64,000 nt of DNA, taken from NCBI GenBank assembly GCA_025361085.1, contig JANYAX010000012.1, positions 255 to 64,254 on the forward strand, written 5' to 3'. The stretch comes from Candidatus Nomurabacteria bacterium. GTDB lineage: Bacteria; Patescibacteriota; Minisyncoccia; Phycocordibacterales; UBA9973. Position numbers and translations under genes: made by a program. A model generated the notes under the pieces. The model did not search any database. It was not told where the DNA came from and saw only the letters and a program-made list of their open reading frames with translations. This document shows, one piece after another, positions 56,841 to 64,000 of this stretch; the first letter of the stretch is position 1; each line of letters opens with the position of its first letter.

Positions 56841-59800
56841 CTATCTTTCTTTTATTATGAGATCAATGACCTTCGTCTTAATTTCTTTAGTGCCTGTTCC
56901 GGTACTATTGTTACATTTTAGGGTATAAGTAGTATTAACTTTAGGAGAAACCTTCACAGGAGGGATGTCATTACTGTCAGTTCTACCTTGAGTATTTACA
57001 ACCTCACCAGCAGTCGAACTGGTTATTGAACAAGAATCGGCAATTGTCGATTTCCAAATAAGAGTTGATACCCCCCCTTGGAAAATCGTTTCTGGATCTG
57101 CGGTAAACGTAAATATATCATCACCTCCACCAGGAAGATTTAGTTTGCATTTTGCTCCATCCCAAGTCGTATTATTTGCACAAGTTGCCGTCGTGTTAAT
57201 AGTCTTCACTAATTGTCCTCCGCTGTAAAGATTGAGTATTTTGTTCTCTAAGTGAGAAATATCGAATGAGGCTGTTCCAGAAACTGCTGGGGTAGAATTA
57301 ACCACAGTTAAGTTTCCAGGATTTGCAGTGAGAGATGAATTCCCAATAGGGTTCGTTACAGACCAACTGAGTCCAGCCGTGCAACTACTATGATCTGCTA
57401 TTATAGAACACCCCGGAGTAGAGATTTCACCAGAAGGCACAACACATTTACTTCCATCCCAGAAAGTTTGAACTGGGGTGTTTGTACATGTTGCATTCAC
57501 AGTCTTTTCATCTAATTTAACTCCATTATGATAGAGGAAGAATGTTCTACCTCCATACTCGACAGCGTAGCTAACCCCTATGGTGTTTGTATTTGCAGGT
57601 GTTCCGATAGTAATATTTGTTGGAGTAGTAACCGAAGAAGTTGCCGTTGCTAAAGGATATAGTGTTTGCCATTTTATCGTCGAGGAACAACTACTTTCCC
57701 CGGCTCCGATTTCACAAGAACTTGGAGTAGTTGTGACAATCCCACTCGGAGTCGTACATTTCATATTCGTAGAATCCCAAGTTGAAAGTGAATCACACGT
57801 TGCCGTTACTACTTGAGATTGAGACAATAATACAACATTATGATAAAGGTAGAATGTTGTTGAACCAAAATTAATTGCATTTGGAACATTTGTACCAGAG
57901 GTTAAAGCAGATATGGTTGTTCCAATTGGATTATTTTTTGTAACAGCGGTAGGGTTAGCAGTCAGATTCGCAGTTGTCCAATTTAATGTTGAATTACATG
58001 TACTTGCTCCAGCTGTGATAATACATGAGGTTGCCGATATATTCCCCGTTGGCTTCAATGTAAATGTTGCTGTACAAATTTTATTTGCATTCATTGTTAC
58101 TTGCCCACTTGCATTACAATCACCACTCCAGCTTACGAAAGTTGAACTTGCATCAGGTGTTGCTGTAGCAGTAACCGGGGTATTGTAATTAAATGAAGTC
58201 GAACATGTTGCTCCACAATTAATTCCAGCAGGATTCGAAGTTACTGTTCCTGTCCCTGATCCTATTTTGGAGATAGTTAGAGTATAAGAATCTATTACAC
58301 ACTTTGTGCCATCCCAATGATTATTAGCGGCACAATTTGTATTTACCGTTGCCTGAGCGAGCAAAACAGAATTGTTGTAAAGATTGAAGATCACACCAGA
58401 AACATTGTAAGGAGCAGTAAATGTTTGAGAACCAGAATTCCCGTTTGCTGGACTTGGTGTCCCCGTTGCGCTAGTCACAGCTGATGTTCCGATTGGATTT
58501 GTTGTCGTCCATGACAAGGTTGGAGTTGTACAACTACTTGCACCTGTTGCAATCGTACAAGTTGATGATGCTGGAGTTAGTGTCCCTGTCATTTGAATAA
58601 ATGTGGCACTGACAGTACAGTTAGATGTGATTGTTCCTGTTGTATATATTGTTCCAGAAAGTGAACCGGCACAACCTGAGGCTGAAGCAATGTATCCAGA
58701 ATTTGGAGTAACAGTAAATGTTGTTGTTGAACCATAATTTACAGTTCTTGTTGCAGGAGAAATTGTTCCACCGGTGCCAGCAGTTCCTGAGACAGTGTAG
58801 TTAGAAGGTACACATTTTAAGGTATCCCACACCGTCCCACTCACACAACTTGCATTTGCTGTTGCTTGGGCAAGTAAAACACTGTTGTAAAGATAAAATG
58901 TTCGAGAACCATAAGCAACGGTGTAAGTTGTAGAACCAGAGTTTCCATTTGCAACAGTAATACTTGTAGGAGTTGTGACTTGAGATGTTGCCTTGGGATT
59001 TGAAGTACTCCAATTTAATGTTGAGCTACAACTACTTGCACCTGATGCGATCGTACAATCTGAAGCGGTGATAGATCCTGATGACCCGACAGTGACAGTT
59101 GTTGAAGCACTTCCACTTGTACTATTTAATCCAGTACATGAGAGAGTAAATGTTGTATCTGCTGTTAATGCTCCTGTCGAAACACTACCTGATGTTCCCT
59201 TTGATCCTGACCATCCACCACTTGCTGTACATGATGTAGCATTTGTTGATGACCAAGTAAGAGTTGAGGAATCATTGTAAGCTATACTTGTTGGACTTGC
59301 AGTTAGAGTGACAGAGAGGGGTGCGCATTTTAACCCATCCCAAGTTGTCCCACTCACACAACTTGCATTTGCTGTTGCTTGAGAGAGAAGAACGGAATTG
59401 TTGTAGAGATATAGATTTCTAGAACTATAATATACAGTGACTGATTGATTCGTACCTGAGTTCCCAGAATAAACCGTGAAATTTGGAGTTGATACATTAC
59501 TATTATTCACATCACTTGTTATAGCAGATGTTCCGATTGGGTTTGTTGTTGTCCAAGTTATATTTGAAGTACAGTTATTTGACCCTGAAACAATAACACA
59601 ATTAGGAGCGGTTAATGACCCGTACATAAATGTGGCAGTAACAGTACAATCTGCAGTTATTGCGCCAGTAGTGTAAGTATTCCCTGAAAGTGACCCGCTA
59701 CAACCTGTAACAGATTTTATTGCACTATTTGTATTTGGAGTAACAGTAAATGTTGTTGTACCTCCATAGTTTACAGTTCTTGTTGCAGGAGAGATTGTTC

Positions 59801-62186
59801 CACCTGCGCCAGCTGTTCCAGTAACAGTATATGAATTAACTACAAAATTGGCTGTAACTGTATTAGCTGAAGTCATGACAACAGTACATGTTCCTGTACC
59901 AGAACAACCCCCACCACTCCAACCAGAAAATGTCGAACCTGTTGATGGTGATGCCGTGAGAGTAACCGAAGTATTATAATTAAATGCAGTTGAACAAGTT
60001 GCTCCACAATTAATTCCAGCAGGATTCGAAGTTACTGTTCCAGAACCGGTGCCAGCTTTGGTAACAGTGAGAGAATATGTATTAATTGTAAATGTTGCGG
60101 TACAAGTTTTTGAAGCATTCATTGTTACTGAACCATCTGTACAATCGGCATCACCACTCCAACCAGAAAATATTGAACCTGTACTTGCCGAAGCTGTCAT
60201 ATTCACAACTGTCCCAGAGTTATAGGTTCCAGCTCCAGTAACAGTTCCCGAGCCAGTACCTGCTTTATTTATCGTGAGAGTATAAGTTGGTAATGTTGTG
60301 AAAGTCCCCTGACTCGAATACCCTGGTCCTGGTACATTTGAAGCAAAACCAAAATAGTAATACAAAGTATTTGGTGATAAACCTGAAATGTTTAGAGAAT
60401 ATGTTCCTGTTATAGAACATGTAGTAGAACCACTATAAGTCGAAGGATTCGGTGAAATCCCCCAATAAAACCCACAATAAGGAGCAACAAGAGTAGCAGG
60501 AAATCCGAGCGAAGTGATATTCGCTCCTAGAGTTGCAGTTGTCGAAGTAATATTTGTTGCTGTTGGACTCGTAACAGTAGGAACTACATTGGGAGAAACA
60601 CAAGTCGAAGTTGCGCTATTCCAAACTGTTCCAGATGCACAAGAAACTGTGATACCTAAAGTGGCAAGCGTATTATCTACAGCTCCTCCATTATTTTCTC
60701 CATCAACTTTGTTAATTGAGGAAAGAGTTGTCGAACCGCTGTTGGCTCCATTGGTAATGATCCCACTTCCACTCAAGGTAAGACCTGTTCCTGAATTGCC
60801 CGTCGTTATAGCAGAGCCTCCTATTTTCAATGCAGTCGGAACTCCAGAATATGGGTTAGTTGTATCCCATGCTAAAGTTGACATCGAGCAACTCCCCGCC
60901 CCTGACGCAATAGTGCAAGAAGATCCACCACCTCCTGGAATGAGTATTCCTGATTGACCGAAAACAGTGACTACTGGAGAAGTTGCATTATCACAAATTA
61001 ATCGGAAATTATTAGTATTATCATTTATGGATACATTGGCTCTATTGCCAGGAGTATCTTGGGTGTATGTCTTAACCAAAGATCCATTTTTTTCCAAAGA
61101 ACAATTTTTACCTGATGGAAGTCCTGAGATTACAGCATACAAATATGTGTCTGAAAGAGGAGTTCCTTTCCCCACTGCCACTAAATCTTTCGTTGGATCT
61201 GAAAGAAGTCCTAAAGAAATTGAAATAGAAGGAGAAAATGTTGCAGTTACCGTACAATTAGCATTTATGGCTCCAGTTGTATATGTATTACCTGATAATG
61301 ATCCACTGCAACCTGTGACTGATGAAATGCTGTATCCTGAATCAGGAGTAACGGTGAAATAAGTTGTGTAACCTGGTGTAACAGATCTAGAAGATGGAGA
61401 AATAGAACCTCCTGAACCAGCAGTAGCCGTTACAGTATAAAGACTAGAAGAAACACATTGATTTGATCCATTATCCCAATATGAACCAGCCATGCAATAA
61501 GCATGTGCAGTTTTAGAATCGAGTTGAATACCATTATGATAAAGTCGATAATTCACCCCACCAGAAGCTTGAGAAATATATTCTAAAACTGACCCTGAGG
61601 TAGATGTGCCAATTACGTTATAACCAATATTAGGATAATTCATTCTGTCCATTTCGACAGAACTTGTCGCATTGTAAACATTCCAGCTAACGGTAGAATA
61701 ACAACCAAACTCTCCTATATCCATATAACAATCTGAAGCATTAATGGAACCAGAAACAGGACCAGGGCCACCTCCGCCCCCAACAGTAACAGTTATACTA
61801 CTAGAAGACTGTGTATACAAAGAAGCTGTACAAGTTACCGTAAAAGTCGTAGTTTTTAATATGTTAAAATTCTGTGAACTTACCCCATTACCTTGTGCCG
61901 CAAATGCAATTTTCGTCTTAAACCAATCAAATAAATTTTTATTATAATTATCGAGATTAACTCCTACAACAGGGGCTCCATCACTAGAAGCTGATGCTGT
62001 ACAGGTAGCAGTAGCTGGAGTAACATTCCAAGAGATAGTCACTGTTCCTCCTCCAGAAGGAAGGGGAGATGGCGGCGATGCTGTAAGACTATTGAAAGTA
62101 ATAGCCGCAGCCTCTACTCCTCTTGCAAAAAAAATTGAGCATAAAAACAAAATGGAAAGAAGAGATATTTGTAATACTTTTTTCAT
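56841..62186 (-). CDS. Giant secreted/surface protein (1781 aa) with a signal peptide and multiple divergent InlB B-repeat (Flg_new-like) domains plus Ser/Thr/Gly-rich Ig-like repeats
   Basis: Signal peptide [26 protein letters not shown]. Repeated [27 protein letters not shown]…FSGWSG…C…VTATF units. Cys pairs throughout. About 90-aa C-terminal domain shared with the neighbouring gene. Confidence 0.8.
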   Translation of the reverse strand: MKKVLQISLLSILFLCSIFFARGVEAAAITFNSLTASPPSPLPSGGGTVTISWNVTPATATCTASASSDGAPVVGVNLDNYNKNLFDWFKTKIAFAAQGNGVSSQNFNILKTTTFTVTCTASLYTQSSSSITVTVGGGGGPGPVSGSINASDCYMDIGEFGCYSTVSWNVYNATSSVEMDRMNYPNIGYNVIGTSTSGSVLEYISQASGGVNYRLYHNGIQLDSKTAHAYCMAGSYWDNGSNQCVSSSLYTVTATAGSGGSISPSSRSVTPGYTTYFTVTPDSGYSISSVTGCSGSLSGNTYTTGAINANCTVTATFSPSISISLGLLSDPTKDLVAVGKGTPLSDTYLYAVISGLPSGKNCSLEKNGSLVKTYTQDTPGNRANVSINDNTNNFRLICDNATSPVVTVFGQSGILIPGGGGSSCTIASGAGSCSMSTLAWDTTNPYSGVPTALKIGGSAITTGNSGTGLTLSGSGIITNGANSGSTTLSSINKVDGENNGGAVDNTLATLGITVSCASGTVWNSATSTCVSPNVVPTVTSPTATNITSTTATLGANITSLGFPATLVAPYCGFYWGISPNPSTYSGSTTCSITGTYSLNISGLSPNTLYYYFGFASNVPGPGYSSQGTFTTLPTYTLTINKAGTGSGTVTGAGTYNSGTVVNMTASASTGSIFSGWSGDADCTDGSVTMNASKTCTATFTINTYSLTVTKAGTGSGTVTSNPAGINCGATCSTAFNYNTSVTLTASPSTGSTFSGWSGGGCSGTGTCTVVMTSANTVTANFVVNSYTVTGTAGAGGTISPATRTVNYGGTTTFTVTPNTNSAIKSVTGCSGSLSGNTYTTGAITADCTVTATFMYGSLTAPNCVIVSGSNNCTSNITWTTTNPIGTSAITSDVNNSNVSTPNFTVYSGNSGTNQSVTVYYSSRNLYLYNNSVLLSQATANASCVSGTTWDGLKCAPLSVTLTASPTSIAYNDSSTLTWSSTNATSCTASGGWSGSKGTSGSVSTGALTADTTFTLSCTGLNSTSGSASTTVTVGSSGSITASDCTIASGASSCSSTLNWSTSNPKATSQVTTPTSITVANGNSGSTTYTVAYGSRTFYLYNSVLLAQATANASCVSGTVWDTLKCVPSNYTVSGTAGTGGTISPATRTVNYGSTTTFTVTPNSGYIASASGCAGSLSGTIYTTGTITSNCTVSATFIQMTGTLTPASSTCTIATGASSCTTPTLSWTTTNPIGTSAVTSATGTPSPANGNSGSQTFTAPYNVSGVIFNLYNNSVLLAQATVNTNCAANNHWDGTKCVIDSYTLTISKIGSGTGTVTSNPAGINCGATCSTSFNYNTPVTATATPDASSTFVSWSGDCNASGQVTMNANKICTATFTLKPTGNISATSCIITAGASTCNSTLNWTTANLTANPTAVTKNNPIGTTISALTSGTNVPNAINFGSTTFYLYHNVVLLSQSQVVTATCDSLSTWDSTNMKCTTPSGIVTTTPSSCEIGAGESSCSSTIKWQTLYPLATATSSVTTPTNITIGTPANTNTIGVSYAVEYGGRTFFLYHNGVKLDEKTVNATCTNTPVQTFWDGSKCVVPSGEISTPGCSIIADHSSCTAGLSWSVTNPIGNSSLTANPGNLTVVNSTPAVSGTASFDISHLENKILNLYSGGQLVKTINTTATCANNTTWDGAKCKLNLPGGGDDIFTFTADPETIFQGGVSTLIWKSTIADSCSITSSTAGEVVNTQGRTDSNDIPPVKVSPKVNTTYTLKCNNSTGTGTKEIKTKVIDLIIKER

Positions 62187-62290
62187 ATTTTTAAAAAATA
62201 AAAACTTAAAATTAATAAACTTGAGTAAATTTTAACTATATTAATTATAACATTAAAAGAAATAAAAAAATAGAAGAATGGGCAAAAAGA

Positions 62291-62326
62291 ATAGCCGTTG
62301 CATAAAGTAACGGCTTCTTTTTTTTA
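62291..62326. terminator. Terminator hairpin (AGCCGTTGCATAAAGTAACGGCT + T-run)
   Basis: Between the lipoprotein gene and the giant gene. Confidence 0.6.
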
Positions 62327-62347
62327 AACCAATTAAGGATGTCTTCA

Positions 62348-63313
62348 TCAAAATTTGGGATGAACATATGTATCTTCAATCCAAATTTTACCAACAGAGT
62401 CAGCATAAACTTTTATTGACTCATATCGACAGACTAATGTGTCCGTGCTAACTTTGATTAAAGTCCTTTCCCCAAAACCGTTTATTTTGTTCCCATTTAA
62501 CTTCCATTCACCCGTCCACATGCGTGGTTCGCTACCACAAAGAATCTCTCCTTTGTCTACTTTCACAGTTTGGTCAGGAAAAAATGTCAGAATATCATCT
62601 GCTAAACAAGGAAAGTCTTCGGCAGTGAGAGAAACTACCCATGGGCCAATATTTGGCGTAGGAGAATCTCTGCTAAAAATCCACATCCATGAACCAAAAT
62701 AGCTGAGTAGATCTTCATCGGCCGGAGGAAGGACTTCGATGTTCACGCTATCGTAAGCGATTTCACCACCTTTACCATAACCCCGTACAAAATAATTGCC
62801 GGTAGACGTTAAACCTTGGGCAATAAATGTTTGGGACATGCCAGATTTTGATAACCCTGGTATGTTTGTTTCAATAGAGTCCACATATTCGAGAGCAATA
62901 TTGAAAGTAGAGTTACCTCTGTATTTTACAACGAGAGGATTTGCGCTGATTCGGACAGTAGGTGCAGGAACCTGCAACTTTGGTGTTACCACTAAGGAGC
63001 CTTCGATAGTTTTACCATTTTCTGTGACACAAATAATAACTACTTCTTGTTTACCTTTTAATGAATCAATATCGTATGAATCATTCGGTTTGCTTGAAAT
63101 TTTTATTTTGTTCACATAAACTGAAACTTCTTTGAATTCTCCAGTAACATTCCAATTTACCTTACACGAACTCAGGTATTCCGGCGTCGTAGAAGGCAGA
63201 GCAATAAACGAAATTACAGGATCAGGATGAACTACAACAATAGGTTCTTTTTCACATCCTACAAGTAGCAGGGAAAGAAAAAGACCGGCGAGAAAGAAAT
63301 AAGTCTTTTTCAT
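62348..63313 (-). CDS. Lipoprotein of unknown function (lipobox LLVGC)
   Basis: Signal peptide plus LVGC lipobox at the N-terminus. 321 aa. Confidence 0.6.
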   Translation of the reverse strand: MKKTYFFLAGLFLSLLLVGCEKEPIVVVHPDPVISFIALPSTTPEYLSSCKVNWNVTGEFKEVSVYVNKIKISSKPNDSYDIDSLKGKQEVVIICVTENGKTIEGSLVVTPKLQVPAPTVRISANPLVVKYRGNSTFNIALEYVDSIETNIPGLSKSGMSQTFIAQGLTSTGNYFVRGYGKGGEIAYDSVNIEVLPPADEDLLSYFGSWMWIFSRDSPTPNIGPWVVSLTAEDFPCLADDILTFFPDQTVKVDKGEILCGSEPRMWTGEWKLNGNKINGFGERTLIKVSTDTLVCRYESIKVYADSVGKIWIEDTYVHPKF

Positions 63314-63485
63314 TATCGTGATTTTTAATTGATTTATTTTTATGTTAAAGGATTTTTTCTTTTTATAATAAATGCTTATTTATAGGCATTTATTGGAACA
63401 AATCCAAACAATATGTATTTAGTCTAATTATCTAAGTAATATTGATTTTTGTCAAGGACTTATCCCCCTCTTATCCACAGATGGA

Positions 63486-63521
63486 TCAAAAACCCTTTAA
63501 ACTTAAGTTTAAAGGGTTTTT
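63486..63521. terminator. Perfect palindrome terminator (CAAAAACCCTTTAAAC-ttaa-GTTTAAAGGGTTTTTG)
   Basis: 16-bp stem just downstream of the stop of the partial gene. Confidence 0.7.
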
Positions 63522-63549
63522 GATGATAAGTTGCTAATATATTCAGCTC

Positions 63550-64000
63550 CTATTTTTCTTTTAATTTAAAACCATTGACAATAACTGTGACATAATCGGT
63601 ATCTGTCGTTCCATCCTTGATACAGACAATTCCGTAAGTTGTCGTTACCAATGGGCTAACCTGCACTGGGTTGTTATCAGGATCACTATCTGGCTTTCCT
63701 TCTGTATCAAAGTACCCATACCCAGGCATAGCTGTACATCGGCTTGCGTTTGATTTCCAAGTTAAAAGTGAAGTTCTGCCTTTGAAAATTTTCGCTGGAG
63801 TAGCAGTGAGAGTTGCATTTAATTTGTTTCCATCTTTGTCTCCGTCAACTTTACAATTTTGTGCAAAACAAAATCTCGAGTCAGTTCCATTACCAGTCAC
63901 AGTACAAGAGCGTGTTCTTGTTTGGACTCCACTTTCACTACAATCTATTGCACTACATGAACTCCAATTTCCATAAGTACAGGTGCCATCGGTTCCATCT
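63550..64000 (-). CDS. C-terminal part of a secreted protein with a thrombospondin type-1-like repeat, a TSP3-like Asp-rich motif, and a C-terminal domain shared with the giant protein (5' end outside the window)
   Basis: The reading frame is open to the window edge. NWSSCSAIDCSESGVQTRTRSC matches the TSP1 consensus W..CS..CG.G.Q.R.R.C. DGDKDGNK resembles a TSP3 calcium-binding motif. C-terminal …LLTWKS…C…VSPLVTTTY…C… aligns with the giant protein C-terminus. Confidence 0.55.
   Translation of the reverse strand, partial: DGTDGTCTYGNWSSCSAIDCSESGVQTRTRSCTVTGNGTDSRFCFAQNCKVDGDKDGNKLNATLTATPAKIFKGRTSLLTWKSNASRCTAMPGYGYFDTEGKPDSDPDNNPVQVSPLVTTTYGIVCIKDGTTDTDYVTVIVNGFKLKEK

Noticed and set aside
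56841-62186. Numerous plus-strand ORFs (for example 57580-57816, 57913-58188, 60514-60957, 60967-61362) inside the giant surface-protein gene
   Set aside because: They are shadow ORFs produced by the repetitive, stop-poor Thr/Ser/Gly-rich coding sequence on the opposite strand.
1-64000. Search for rRNA genes, integrases/transposases, Cas proteins, and phage structural genes
   Set aside because: No ORF or sequence in the window shows the corresponding signatures. The insertions in the r-protein cluster carry no recombinase, so no mobile_element feature is called.

Overview
This window looks like part of a low-GC, tightly packed bacterial genome, probably Patescibacteria/CPR-like. That is an inference from short intergenic regions, no L30 in the ribosomal cluster, a Zn-ribbon S14, and giant InlB B-repeat surface proteins. 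Reading left to right, the window holds: (1) tRNA-Ser(GCU), then an emrRAB-like efflux operon (MarR, two HlyD-type adaptors, MFS EmrB) preceded by a perfect operator-like palindrome. (2) An orphan cytoplasmic histidine kinase plus a single-domain response regulator, then recG. (3) A 570-aa hypothetical protein with a caspase/CHAT-like His..Cys signature that starts 6 nt after a tRNA with anticodon UAU (Ile); a hicBA toxin-antitoxin pair and a palindromic terminator element that recurs in inverted orientation at ~43.4 kb. (4) ftsH, smpB, and a one-piece tmRNA (ssrA) followed by nested inverted copies of its own 3' end. (5) A complete-looking minus-strand de novo purine operon (purS-L, purQ, purF, purN, [591-aa Cys-rich unknown protein], purD, purE, purM, purC, purB). 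purH and purK are absent, and the Cys-rich gene sits where purH would be. (6) A phosphohexomutase, infC-rpmI-rplT, a class-A beta-lactamase-like serine hydrolase, a beta-CASP RNase, an HD hydrolase, ndk, and an orphan VirD4/TraD-like P-loop ATPase. (7) The tuf-S10-spc-secY-adk-map ribosomal supercluster on the minus strand, interrupted twice. A ~5-kb pyrimidine module (pyrD, pyrC, pyrE, pyrF, each with its own terminator) sits between rplB and rpsS. A ~1-kb insert sits between rplE and rpsN and carries a membrane protein, the palindromic element, a duplicated ~33-nt leader element, and a 3x58-bp tandem repeat overlapping the rpsN start. (8) A 1781-aa secreted InlB-B-repeat protein, a lipoprotein, and the C-terminus of another secreted protein with TSP1/TSP3-like motifs that shares a C-terminal domain with the giant protein. 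I found no rRNA, CRISPR array, integrase or transposase.
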